From a bacterium (lineage in GTDB: Bacteria > Patescibacteriota > Minisyncoccia > JAUYLV01), in contig JAUSGO010000016.1 in assembly GCA_030649025.1 (NCBI GenBank), positions 4,851-68,850 on the forward strand: a DNA stretch of 64,000 bases. The letters are read 5' to 3'. A program made the translations under genes and the position numbers. The stretch's first letter is position 1. Each line of letters starts with the position of its first letter. Shown here one piece after another: positions 43,998 through 52,970 of this stretch. The notes beneath the pieces were generated by a model. It searched no databases. It was not told where the DNA came from and was given only the letters and a program-made list of their open reading frames with translations.

Positions 43998-46900
43998 ATG
44001 AAATTCGTGCACCTCCACGTCCATTCGCACTATTCGCTTCTTGACGGACTTTCAAAAATAGATGAGCTTGTGGTGCGCGCAAAGGAATTGGGCATGGAGG
44101 CTCTCGCACTAACAGACCATGGTGCCATGTATGGCATCATTGAATTTTATCAGAAGGCAAAAAAAGCTGGCATCAAACCCATTATTGGACAGGAATTCTA
44201 TGTTACGGCAGGCTCTATGCATGATAAGCGCGCGAAAATAGACGACCAGCGCTACCACTTGACGGTTCTCGCAAAAAATAACATTGGGTATAAAAACCTC
44301 ATCAAGCTCTCCACTGTCGCGCATCTGGAGGGTTTTTATTATAAGCCTCGGATCGACAGGCCGACGCTTGCAAAACATTCCGAAGGCCTCATTGGGCTTT
44401 CGGGGTGCCTCAATGGAGAAATTCCCAAAGCTCTGCTTTCGGGAGACCTGGAGCGCGCAAGATCGTTGGCTAAGGAATACCAGCATATTTTCGGAAAAGA
44501 GAATTTCTATCTGGAAATACAGCGCCATAGCAATATGAAGGAGCTCGAGACGGTAAATCCGGGACTTGAGAAACTCTCGGGGGAACTTGGTATACCGCTT
44601 GTAGCCACCTGCGATTCACATTATCTGCGTTCGGATGACCGAGAAACGCAGGATGTACTGGTTTGCATTCAAACGAACCAGAGCCTCGCGAAAGAAGAGC
44701 GGCTTACAATGAAAGACAACGACTACTCTCTGAAGTCTCCGGCAGAGATGTTCGAGCTTTTCGGAGACATGCCGCAAGCCATTGAAAACACCGTCCGTAT
44801 TGCCGAACAATGCAACGTAGAAATAGAGCTTGGAAAATCCCAACTTCCGCATTTCACGGTACCGGAAGGCTATGAAACAAATTCGTATCTTGAGATGCTG
44901 TGTCAAAGAGGATTAGAAAAGCGATACGGAATTTCCGCACCGGAAAAGAGAGAGCTTTCCGAGAAAGAACGTGAGATCGTTTCGAGGCTTGAATACGAAC
45001 TTGGAGTCATCGAAAAAACAGGATTCGGGTCATATTTCCTCATCGTGCAGGATTTTGTAAACTGGGCAAAAAACCAGGGTATTGTAGTGGGCCCCGGCAG
45101 GGGGTCTGCCGCAGGGAGCATTGTTTCTTACCTTCTTAACATTACCAATCTTGATCCTATCGCTCACGAACTCCTTTTTGAACGATTTCTGAACCCGGAG
45201 CGCATTTCCATGCCCGATATAGACCTTGACTTTGCCGATACGCGAAGAGACGAGGTCTTGGACTATGTTACGCAAAAATACGGCGCAGACCACGTGGCGC
45301 AGATCATCACCTTCGGCACCATGGCGGCCCGCGCCGCCATCCGAGACGCGGGAAGGGCTCTCGGCTATAACTATGGTTTATGCGACCGAATAGCCAAGCT
45401 CATCCCCGCTATGACCGACTTCAAAAAGACCATGGACAGCGTGGATGAGTTCAGGCAACTCTACAATACCGACCCTGAAGTGAAGCGACTTGTGAATGTT
45501 GCGCGTAAACTTGAGGGCGTAGCGCGCCATGCCTCCACCCATGCCTGTGGCGTGGTTATTTCCAAAGACCCGCTCACCGACTCGGTGCCCCTGCAGCAAG
45601 CCACCAATGGGGAAACGCTGGATGGTGAAAAAGTAAAAACCATCGTCACGCAGTATGAGATGCATGCGGTGGGAGAAGATGGTATTGGGCTCTTAAAGAT
45701 GGACTTTTTGGGGCTTATGAACCTCACTACTATTGAAGAAGCTCTTAAATTAATTCGTGAAAATCATGGACTAGATCTCAATATCGACACCTTAGAGCTA
45801 AATGATAAGAAAACATTCGAACTTTTCCGAAGGGCCCGCACCGTCGGCGTCTTCCAATTCGAATCACAGGGCATGCAAAGATATATGAAGGATCTGCGAC
45901 CTACGCAGTTCGAGGACCTGGTCGCTATGGTCGCGCTCTTCCGCCCCGGTCCCATGGAACTTATCCCCTCCTACATCAAACGCAAGCACGGGGAGGAACG
46001 AATCACCTATCTGCACCCAAAACTCGAACCCATTCTTAAAAATACCTACGGCGTGATCGTTTACCAGGAGCAAGTGATGGACATGGCGACCAACCTTGCC
46101 GGCCTTACCAAGGGCGAAGGATACCTTCTGATAAAAGCCGTAGGGAAAAAAATAAAATCACTGCTCGACGAGCAGAAAGATAAATTTATCAGCGGCTGCC
46201 GCAAGAACGGTGTTCCGGCCGAGACCGCAAACCGGGTTTGGGAGCTCATCGAGCCGTTCGCCCGGTACGGCTTCAATAAAGCCCACTCCGCATGCTACGC
46301 CCTGACCGGTTACCGGACAGGGTATCTCAAAGCAAACTATCCCAAGGAATTCATGACCGCGCTCTTAAACAGCGAATACGGCGACGTGGAACGGATCTCC
46401 GTGCTCATCGAAGAATGCCGCGAGATGCATATTCCGGTGCTCCCGCCAGATATCAACGAAAGCGGCATTAAATTCTCGGTGGTACAAAACGAAAGCGGGA
46501 GCGGCCAAGAGTACTCGGCACTTCCCCAGGAGAACCATATCAATAAAAAAGTAGATTCCGGGGGCGCCATCCGGTTTGGGCTTTCGGCCATAAAGAACGT
46601 GGGCGACAACGTGGTGCGCGTCATCGTGGAGGAACGTAAACGCAACGGAATTTTTACTTCTTTGCAGAACTTACTTGACCGCATTGATTCCAAGGACTTG
46701 AACAAAAAAAGCCTGGAAGCGCTTATGAAGGCCGGCGCATTCGATTCGCTCGGCGAAGACCGGGGCACGCTTCTGGCGTCCGTAGAAACGATGCTGAAGT
46801 ATGTGCGCGAAACCAAGAAGGTCCGTGAATCGGCACAGGCTTCACTCTTTGGAGGCGCCTCCACGGGTATATCATTTTCATTGCGGCTGGAAAAAGCCGA

Positions 46901-47324
46901 GCCCGCGTCCAAGTCCGATAAACTCGCCTGGGAAAAAGAGCTTTTGGGACTTTACGTGTCACAACATCCCTTGGACGATTTTCGCGACGCACTCCATAAA
47001 ACGACTATGCCGTTACATGAATTGGAAAGCGCGCAGGGACGTATCGTTACTGTAGGCGGCATGCTCACTCGACTGAAAAAAATCATCACCAAAACCGGCA
47101 AGCCCATGTACTTCGGAGAGCTTGAAGACCACACGGGAAAAGCGGAGGTAGTGCTGTTCCCCACAATCCTGGAAAAATATGGAGCGCTCTTGAAAGAAGA
47201 TGCGATACTCATCATGAACGGCAGGGTTGACCGCAGACAGAACGGGAATGGAAATGGATTTGCTTCGGACAGTCCGAAATTCATCTGCGAAACGGTAAAA
47301 GAACTTACCGCCCAAAGCGGTTGA
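43998..47324 (+). CDS. dnaE: DNA polymerase III alpha subunit
   Basis: N-terminal PHP domain MKFVHLHVHSHYSLLDG, polymerase core, OB fold; 1108 aa. Confidence 0.95.
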   Translation: MKFVHLHVHSHYSLLDGLSKIDELVVRAKELGMEALALTDHGAMYGIIEFYQKAKKAGIKPIIGQEFYVTAGSMHDKRAKIDDQRYHLTVLAKNNIGYKNLIKLSTVAHLEGFYYKPRIDRPTLAKHSEGLIGLSGCLNGEIPKALLSGDLERARSLAKEYQHIFGKENFYLEIQRHSNMKELETVNPGLEKLSGELGIPLVATCDSHYLRSDDRETQDVLVCIQTNQSLAKEERLTMKDNDYSLKSPAEMFELFGDMPQAIENTVRIAEQCNVEIELGKSQLPHFTVPEGYETNSYLEMLCQRGLEKRYGISAPEKRELSEKEREIVSRLEYELGVIEKTGFGSYFLIVQDFVNWAKNQGIVVGPGRGSAAGSIVSYLLNITNLDPIAHELLFERFLNPERISMPDIDLDFADTRRDEVLDYVTQKYGADHVAQIITFGTMAARAAIRDAGRALGYNYGLCDRIAKLIPAMTDFKKTMDSVDEFRQLYNTDPEVKRLVNVARKLEGVARHASTHACGVVISKDPLTDSVPLQQATNGETLDGEKVKTIVTQYEMHAVGEDGIGLLKMDFLGLMNLTTIEEALKLIRENHGLDLNIDTLELNDKKTFELFRRARTVGVFQFESQGMQRYMKDLRPTQFEDLVAMVALFRPGPMELIPSYIKRKHGEERITYLHPKLEPILKNTYGVIVYQEQVMDMATNLAGLTKGEGYLLIKAVGKKIKSLLDEQKDKFISGCRKNGVPAETANRVWELIEPFARYGFNKAHSACYALTGYRTGYLKANYPKEFMTALLNSEYGDVERISVLIEECREMHIPVLPPDINESGIKFSVVQNESGSGQEYSALPQENHINKKVDSGGAIRFGLSAIKNVGDNVVRVIVEERKRNGIFTSLQNLLDRIDSKDLNKKSLEALMKAGAFDSLGEDRGTLLASVETMLKYVRETKKVRESAQASLFGGASTGISFSLRLEKAEPASKSDKLAWEKELLGLYVSQHPLDDFRDALHKTTMPLHELESAQGRIVTVGGMLTRLKKIITKTGKPMYFGELEDHTGKAEVVLFPTILEKYGALLKEDAILIMNGRVDRRQNGNGNGFASDSPKFICETVKELTAQSG

Positions 47325-47405
47325 CGCACTCTTGAAGTGTGATACCCTTCAGGCTAGGAGGGCTTTTGTTCATTTCCAACAATTCCAAGAGTAAAAGGAG
47401 ACAAT

Positions 47406-48446
47406 ATGAGATCGGTGACATTCGCAATGGGAGTTCTGGCTGCCCTTTTCATCTGTTCGGACGCGAAGACCCAGACACCCACGTCAAGCGATGAGGGTAT
47501 GGTCGTCACAACGGCCACAGTAGTGACCAAAGGCGGAGACGTAATTGTAAGCCCGCTACTGGAAAAAGAGAATTTTCGCGTATTCGACTGCAAAAACGCA
47601 AAAAAGCGCAAAGATTGCGTTGAACAGGAAATTGTTTTTTTTAGTTCGCCGAAGGAACAGGAACCGATAATCACGGTCCTCACGCTCGATTACTCCCGGA
47701 CCGCCTTTCTTGTCAGTTGTCTCGGTGAGAACGATCCTTACGCATGCGGCTACTATGGCTCGAAGGGCGCCATCGAGGAGGGCCCCATAGCGTTCCTGCA
47801 AAATCTGAAGCCGCAAGATTGGGTGGCGTTCGTGACCTACGACATGAAGCCGGAGGTCGCAGTGGAGTTCACAAAGAACAAGGATGAGGTACGAAACGCC
47901 CTGGCAGGACTTTTTACCATGCCACCGGTATTTTCCGACAGCAACTTGTTCGACACTCTCTTCTACGTGCTCGACCATATCGAGAACGGAGAAAATTTGG
48001 AGGCGCAAAAAAAGCGCGCTACCATTATTCTCGTCTCCACCGGCATTGATACGATGAGCAAGAAAACGTTCGACCAGATGCAAAAACGCCTTAGGGATAC
48101 GCCTGTTGCCATCTACGCGGTACGCATTGGGAAGTCTTACGAGAACCGATCCGGCGCGAACCTGCTACAGGCGGAAAGCCAGCTGAAAGAGATCACGAAC
48201 CTCACGGGAGGAAAAACGTACTCCCCTTCTTTTTCCGGAGAATTCAGGGGCATATTCGGCGACATCTCCGCGATGTTGCGCTCCCAGTACAGCATTGGGT
48301 GGGTACCAAAGAACGTGAAGGCGGATGGAAAATTCCACGAGATTCTTATTGAGGTCACGGGAGATTTTTTGGACAATGCAACGCAAAAACCACTCGAAAT
48401 CAAAGTACGGCATCGCAAGGGATACATTGCGCCAGACAATCGTTAA
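47406..48446 (+). CDS. Secreted von Willebrand factor A-like domain protein
   Basis: Signal peptide MRSVTFAMGVLAALFICSDA; VWA-like beta-alpha core (ITVLTLDYSRTAF...ATIILVSTGIDT). Confidence 0.5.
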   Translation: MRSVTFAMGVLAALFICSDAKTQTPTSSDEGMVVTTATVVTKGGDVIVSPLLEKENFRVFDCKNAKKRKDCVEQEIVFFSSPKEQEPIITVLTLDYSRTAFLVSCLGENDPYACGYYGSKGAIEEGPIAFLQNLKPQDWVAFVTYDMKPEVAVEFTKNKDEVRNALAGLFTMPPVFSDSNLFDTLFYVLDHIENGENLEAQKKRATIILVSTGIDTMSKKTFDQMQKRLRDTPVAIYAVRIGKSYENRSGANLLQAESQLKEITNLTGGKTYSPSFSGEFRGIFGDISAMLRSQYSIGWVPKNVKADGKFHEILIEVTGDFLDNATQKPLEIKVRHRKGYIAPDNR

Positions 48447-48452
48447 AAACCG

Positions 48453-48479
48453 ACTGCGGACATACTCCGCAGTTTTTTT
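48453..48479 (+). terminator. Rho-independent terminator ACTGCGGA-CATAC-TCCGCAGT plus TTTTTTT
   Basis: Perfect 8-bp stem 7 nt after the stop of the VWA gene. Confidence 0.7.
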
Positions 48480-48490
48480 GCCCGTTTCTT

Positions 48491-48524
48491 CTCATTCTCA
48501 CATTCTCAAGAATGTGAGAATGAG
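48491..48524. promoter_or_regulatory. Perfect 16-bp-arm palindrome CTCATTCTCACATTCT-CA-AGAATGTGAGAATGAG just upstream of the tRNA-fMet promoter
   Basis: 34-bp perfect inverted repeat ending 14 bp before the -35 hexamer; candidate operator or second terminator hairpin. Confidence 0.4.
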
Positions 48525-48537
48525 AACTATGTTAGTA

Positions 48538-48565
48538 TTGCCAAACTTGCCCCAAGCAGTATACT
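48538..48565 (+). promoter_or_regulatory. Sigma70-like promoter TTGCCA -16 nt- TATACT for tRNA-fMet
   Basis: -10 hexamer ends 5 nt before tRNA nucleotide +1. Confidence 0.55.
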
Positions 48566-48570
48566 GTATC

Positions 48571-48644
48571 CGCGGGGTAGAGCAGCCCGGTAGCTCGCAG
48601 GGCTCATAACCCTGAGGTCGTTGGTTCGAATCCAACCCCCGCAA
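48571..48644 (+). tRNA. Initiator tRNA-fMet (anticodon CAT), CCA not encoded
   Basis: CGCGGGGTAGAGCAGCCCGGTAGCTCGCAGGGCTCATAACCCTGAGGTCGTTGGTTCGAATCCAACCCCCGCAA: C1xA72 mismatch and three G-C pairs in the anticodon stem, the initiator hallmarks. Confidence 0.88.
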
Positions 48645-48992
48645 CAAGCAGCGAATCAGCGCAAAAACCCCGAAGGGGGTTTTTGTTTTATCTTGGTACT
48701 CGCTGCGCAGTGGCCATGGCCTCACCAGAGGCCAGTGGCTACACTCAATAACTAAACTCGTAGCGAAGCGGAGAGCTTCATACGATCCGAGCAAAAAACC
48801 GAATCCAACCCCCGCAACAAGCAGCGAATCAGCGCAAAAACCCCGAAGGGGGTTTTTGTTTTATCTTGGTACTCGCTGCGCAGTGGCCATGGCCTCACCA
48901 GAGGCCAGTGGCTACACTCAATAACTAAACTCGTAGCGCAAGCGGAGAGACGAATACGAGCCGAGCAAAAAACCGAATCCAACCCCCGCAAC
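48627..48992 (+). repeat. Tandem direct repeat (two near-identical 173/174-bp units plus a partial third), each beginning with the 19-nt tRNA-fMet 3' end CGAATCCAACCCCCGCAAC
   Basis: Copies of CGAATCCAACCCCCGCAAC at 48627-48645 (inside the tRNA), 48800-48818 and 48974-48992; each unit also contains a terminator-like hairpin CCCCGAAGGGGGTTTTTG and hairpin TGGCCTC-ACCA-GAGGCCA. Confidence 0.75.
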
Positions 48993-49073
48993 CATTGACG
49001 AATAGTAGATCTCTGTGCTATTCTTTATTTTCCGCAAAGCACTTTCCAAATTAAACTCCGGGGGAGGTTTACA

Positions 49074-49565
49074 ATGCCAAACATTTCCCATGCTTCGCTC
49101 AGCATAGATTTCATTCGATCCCAACAGAAACTTTTCTTGAATCACCCGACGCAATACTGCGAGAAAATATTTACTACCGTCTGTGATTCGGAGGGGTCAG
49201 GTAGAGTTACGGGAATAGTTTACCTTTTGCTGAATCGGCACTATGGTGATCCTGCGTCGCTAGGATTTTTGTTAATCTTGGGATTCCTGGATCGCTTCAA
49301 CGCGCAGAATGGCAATCCTAAATGGCTCACCACATGTTGTGAAGAAATGAACCGCCAAGAAAACCGTAGTACCGTTCGTGAATATGCAATCTTCTTTATA
49401 ACCAATCCCGGATTAGAGATGGAAAAACTCCAGGAAAGTATTGGCAACTTACCCATAAAGACTCTTATCCAGGATGGTGAAGCAAGGTGGGGTCAACAAT
49501 TCACCGTCGGTGCATACTGCGCTCTAGGGATACTGCTTGCCTCAAACAACGAATCTATCCAGTAA
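49074..49565 (+). CDS. Hypothetical protein (163 aa) between tRNA 3'-end repeat copies 3 and 4
   Basis: GGGGGAGG Shine-Dalgarno 6 nt upstream of the ATG; no recognisable motifs. Confidence 0.45.
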   Translation: MPNISHASLSIDFIRSQQKLFLNHPTQYCEKIFTTVCDSEGSGRVTGIVYLLLNRHYGDPASLGFLLILGFLDRFNAQNGNPKWLTTCCEEMNRQENRSTVREYAIFFITNPGLEMEKLQESIGNLPIKTLIQDGEARWGQQFTVGAYCALGILLASNNESIQ

Positions 49566-49654
49566 CTAAGGGGTTACACGCTGACCCGCCTGGTATCGCT
49601 CGCCTCGCTAAGACTCGGCGAAGCGGGCCCAGCGGTTTTTTTACCAATTTCTCA

Positions 49655-49689
49655 CAGCCGAGCACAAAACCGAATTCAACCCCCGCAAC
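49655..49689 (+). repeat. Fourth copy of the tRNA-fMet 3'-end repeat (CCGAGCACAAAACCGAATTCAACCCCCGCAAC)
   Basis: Matches the unit ends CCGAGCAAAAAACCGAATCCAACCCCCGCAAC with two substitutions; 663 bp beyond copy 3. Confidence 0.6.
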
Positions 49690-49696
49690 TAAGGAA

Positions 49697-49725
49697 ATAA
49701 CCGCATTTGTGTGCGGTTATTTTTT
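49697..49725 (+). terminator. Rho-independent terminator ATAACCGCA-TTTGTG-TGCGGTTAT plus TTTTT
   Basis: 9-bp perfect stem followed by a T-run, directly after repeat copy 4. Confidence 0.6.
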
Positions 49726-49821
49726 ATAAGGGAATTAGTGGTTTGAACCGCATCTAGTTTTGACAAAGAGATCGCGCTGAGATAGATTGATAATAATTCC
49801 ATTTCGTTTAGGAGGGCAACG

Positions 49822-50163
49822 ATGCCGACTATTAGCAAAGATTTAGCGGAAAGAGAAATCGTTCGGCTGAAGAAACAGAAGCGTCCGAAAGTCTACTGCA
49901 TTGTGCGCTATCAGAACCGTCTCAAAGGAGACGGTGAGAAAATAATGTATTCTGATTATGCCATCTGCTACAAGCGTGAGCATTACGACTCACTCATGCG
50001 AAGCGGCTTCATCGGTGGAATCGATGTGCTGTGGGCAAGTGAAAAGTTCAAAACAGAAAATAGATCGGAGGAAATGGACGAGGGGGACATTGAAGATTAT
50101 TTACTCTCCGACGAGTTCATAAAATCGTTAAAGAAGAAAAAAATCCTTCGCCGCCGCAAGTAG
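49822..50163 (+). CDS. Hypothetical protein (113 aa, basic C-terminus)
   Basis: AGGAGG RBS 6 nt upstream; promoter-like TTGACA -17 nt- TAGATT about 60 nt upstream. Confidence 0.45.
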   Translation: MPTISKDLAEREIVRLKKQKRPKVYCIVRYQNRLKGDGEKIMYSDYAICYKREHYDSLMRSGFIGGIDVLWASEKFKTENRSEEMDEGDIEDYLLSDEFIKSLKKKKILRRRK

Positions 50164-50441
50164 CTCATAGAGCGAAAGCGGTTTTTTCATATCTCAAGCT
50201 GTGCTAAATGAGTAGATCTCTCCCAAAAAAGCCATAATCTGTTGCCAAGTACGTCCGAGTTCCGTAATAAAGCCGGTGAAGCAGTCGAGAAGTCGGCTGT
50301 TTCTCTTTTTGTATTGCTGTTTTTCGGCGGTTTAAAACATTTTCGAATTATTTTTAATTTATTTTAATATTGCTTGAATGGCTGTGATTTGACGTGTGCG
50401 CCTAAAGTTCCGCGCTCATGCTATACTAAGAAGGCTCGTGT

Positions 50442-51365
50442 ATGACCCTCCGTTCTCTCCATTTAAAGCATATTTTACTTCTGGCTCTTGGCGGCATAAC
50501 TGCTGCGGTTTTTTTAGGAGAAGTACTTTTTTTTCTATGGCATTCGGGCAAAGTTGAATTGCCATCCTTTATCATACATTCAGCGCGGATTATTTTAGCA
50601 AACATAGCGCCGCAGCCCACAGGTGGCGTAAAACTAGATCTGCCATTCCACCAGCAGGAACATTCGCTCTCTTGCGAAATGGCCAGCCTGAAAAATGCGT
50701 TTTACGCCTATGGACTGGATGTACCGGAAGCGGAAATCATCCGCGCCCTGTCTCTTGATCCCACGCCGCGTAAAAATGGCATATGGGGAGATCCGCAAAA
50801 AGGATTTGTGGGTTCTGTAGATGGACGAGCCCTGGTGGATGGTTATGGGGTTTATGCCGAGCCGATTGCCCGGGTAGGCCTGCGGTGGAAGCGAACCGAG
50901 GTTTTGCAACAACCCAGCGTCCAGGATTTGGCCTACCACATCACCCTTGGTCACCCGATCATCGTTTGGGGCTATTTAGGCCGTGGCCAGAAAGTCTCCT
51001 GGACAACTCCGGAGGGCAAGAGCATTGTTGCGGTTAATGCGGAACATACGCGCCTGGTGTACGGCTTTGAGGGGTCGGCAAGCGATCCTCAGGGATTTTT
51101 CCTAATCGACCCAACCTATGGACATGCATATTGGAAACGCGACGTCTTTATGGAAAATTGGGAAGCGCTGGATCGCATGGCGGTAGTGGTTTATCCGCAT
51201 CCGCGCTGGGTGCGCGCAACCGGCACCCGGGAGATTTGGGAAATTTCGAAAGATGGTAAAACGCGGCGCCATGTCGGCGAGGAAGAATTTATGCAAAGCG
51301 GGGGTTTTCCGGAAGCGGTGAAAGAGATACTGGTGGAAGAATTGGATCGATTTGAAGTGGAATAG
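50442..51365 (+). CDS. Membrane-anchored C39-like cysteine peptidase domain protein (Peptidase_C39_2/YvpB-like)
   Basis: N-terminal TM helix; candidate catalytic Cys in HSLSCEMASLKNAFYAYG; conserved His region downstream. Confidence 0.6.
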   Translation: MTLRSLHLKHILLLALGGITAAVFLGEVLFFLWHSGKVELPSFIIHSARIILANIAPQPTGGVKLDLPFHQQEHSLSCEMASLKNAFYAYGLDVPEAEIIRALSLDPTPRKNGIWGDPQKGFVGSVDGRALVDGYGVYAEPIARVGLRWKRTEVLQQPSVQDLAYHITLGHPIIVWGYLGRGQKVSWTTPEGKSIVAVNAEHTRLVYGFEGSASDPQGFFLIDPTYGHAYWKRDVFMENWEALDRMAVVVYPHPRWVRATGTREIWEISKDGKTRRHVGEEEFMQSGGFPEAVKEILVEELDRFEVE

Positions 51366-51396
51366 ATTTTGCCTGTATCCGTATTGTCATTAGCCT

Positions 51397-52239
51397 ATGC
51401 GCATGCCAAAGAAATTTTTATTGGTTTCGGGATTGCTCTTGGCCATTCTGCTTGGCGGGGGGATTCGGTATGCAAAAAAGCATCGGGAGCGCACCATCAC
51501 TCTGCCTTCAGTTCTGCCGTATGTCAGCCCGAGAACTAGCACAATGACGAGTCCGGTGGCGGAGATGCCTTCCCTGGCGCCGTCCACATCTCGTTCCATT
51601 CCAACTCCCGTGGCGAGTATCCCTTCCTTGCCCAGCGCTACAGTACTTCCCCCCATTTCACCGCCAACACTTGCGGCAGAAGTTAATTTGGCCATTCCTT
51701 TTGCCGTACAAGCCCCCTACCAGAACTGGGAAGCTCCGTATGATGAATTTTGCGAAGAAGCATCCGTGCTTATGGCGGCTAGCTACATTCTGAATCGCAC
51801 CCTCCCGAACGCCGCTACGATAGACGCGGGACTGCTCGCCATTAAAGCATTCGAAGAGGAGCGTTTCGGCTACTATAAAGACACGACCGCGGAAGAGACG
51901 GCTGTAATTTTGCGCGAGTATTTTAATATCTCAAATGTGGCCGTTGTTTACGATCCGACAATTGAGGATATTAAAAAAGCCATTGCCGCAGGCAGGGCGG
52001 TGATAGTACCTGCCGCAGGCAGGCAACTCCTCAATCCGTACTTCCGCCAACCGGGCCCCCTGTACCATATGTTGGTGATCAAAGGCTACCTGCGGGATGG
52101 CACGTTTATTACGAACGACCCGGGCACGCGCCGCGGAGCAGATTTTCTTTATGACCCCGAGGTGTTGCTTGGTGCGGTGCACGACTGGAATGGCGGCGAC
52201 GTTGAAAATGGCCGGAAAGTCATGATTGTTGTGGGGTAA
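51397..52239 (+). CDS. Second membrane-anchored C39-like cysteine peptidase domain protein (paralogue of the upstream gene) with Pro/Ser-rich linker
   Basis: PYQNWEAPYDEFCEEASVLMAASYI (catalytic Cys) and HMLVIKGY (His); N-terminal TM helix; low-complexity P/S/T linker. Confidence 0.6.
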   Translation: MRMPKKFLLVSGLLLAILLGGGIRYAKKHRERTITLPSVLPYVSPRTSTMTSPVAEMPSLAPSTSRSIPTPVASIPSLPSATVLPPISPPTLAAEVNLAIPFAVQAPYQNWEAPYDEFCEEASVLMAASYILNRTLPNAATIDAGLLAIKAFEEERFGYYKDTTAEETAVILREYFNISNVAVVYDPTIEDIKKAIAAGRAVIVPAAGRQLLNPYFRQPGPLYHMLVIKGYLRDGTFITNDPGTRRGADFLYDPEVLLGAVHDWNGGDVENGRKVMIVVG

Positions 52240-52422
52240 GATATTGGATGCTGGACTGCCAAGTTCGGGCGGAGCAATGCGAGTGTCCAAGGACATCACG
52301 CCCGCCCCCTCAACACGATTTGACACACTGGGGATGGTGCGTTATTTTTTTGATGTAGCGCGAAGCTACCTGCTGTGTCCAGATCAACTGTTCACGCAGA
52401 TCTCCAAGAAGGAGGAGTCGCC

Positions 52423-52866
52423 ATGTGGTTCTTTAAACGCAAAGGTCCAGCAAGCGAGATGCAGGCTGCCCAACTTGTCGCCTTTGAAAGGGCGCTCGAT
52501 GTTTTGAACCGTATCAACATCAGATTTCGTCCAGAGATGGCTGAAATGATTCTCTTGTCGCAGCAATTCAATCTGCGCGATAACTGCCCGGTAACGGTCA
52601 CGCAATTCTCAGATTGGGTGAGCGCGAAAGATTGTTCTTGGGCGCAAGGCTCATTTGTATTTCGAGCAGGGGCATTCACTGTGCATATAATTGTTGCGCT
52701 CACCGAAAAAGCAAAAACCAGGTGGATGCCCCACTCAACCACCATAGCAGTTGAGACGGGCGACAAGGTGCGCAGGTTAAGTTTGGGAGACGGAGTCCCT
52801 GCAAAAGATCAGCAAATTCTCTTTGACTTCACCTGCACCGGAGAATTTAGCACGCAGCTGATCTGA
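52423..52866 (+). CDS. Hypothetical protein (147 aa); start moved to ATG 52423 with AAGGAGG RBS
   Basis: Strong Shine-Dalgarno AAGGAGG 8 nt upstream of the internal ATG; followed by a terminator. Confidence 0.45.
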   Translation: MWFFKRKGPASEMQAAQLVAFERALDVLNRINIRFRPEMAEMILLSQQFNLRDNCPVTVTQFSDWVSAKDCSWAQGSFVFRAGAFTVHIIVALTEKAKTRWMPHSTTIAVETGDKVRRLSLGDGVPAKDQQILFDFTCTGEFSTQLI

Positions 52867-52874
52867 GATTGCTC

Positions 52875-52904
52875 AAGGCGCCTTAACTGGTGCCTTTTCT
52901 TTTC
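52875..52904 (+). terminator. Rho-independent terminator AAGGCGCC-TTAACT-GGTGCCTT plus T-run
   Basis: 8-bp stem (one G-U) followed by TTTTCTTTT. Confidence 0.5.
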
Positions 52905-52926
52905 AAGAAAATTTCACCATCGAATT

Positions 52927-52951
52927 AAAAAAACCGCTCACGGGGAGCGGT
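52927..52951 (-). terminator. Rho-independent terminator (ACCGCTC-loop-GAGCGGT plus U-run) after gene 52971-54287; convergent with the plus-strand terminator
   Basis: Minus-strand RNA reads ACCGCTCCCCGTGAGCGGTTTTTTT. Confidence 0.55.
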
Positions 52952-52970
52952 CGGACGAAGTCCGGGGTTC

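Noticed and set aside
48627-49000. CRISPR array
   Set aside because: The repeats are 19-32 bp copies of a tRNA 3' end separated by near-identical 140-bp spacers, not unique spacers. No cas genes are present, and the regular 173-bp tandem structure is that of a duplication or att scar.
48440-50440. Integrase or transposase near the tRNA-fMet repeats
   Set aside because: No ORF in this interval (or anywhere in the window) shows tyrosine/serine recombinase or DDE transposase motifs. The region is called a repeat scar, not a mobile element.
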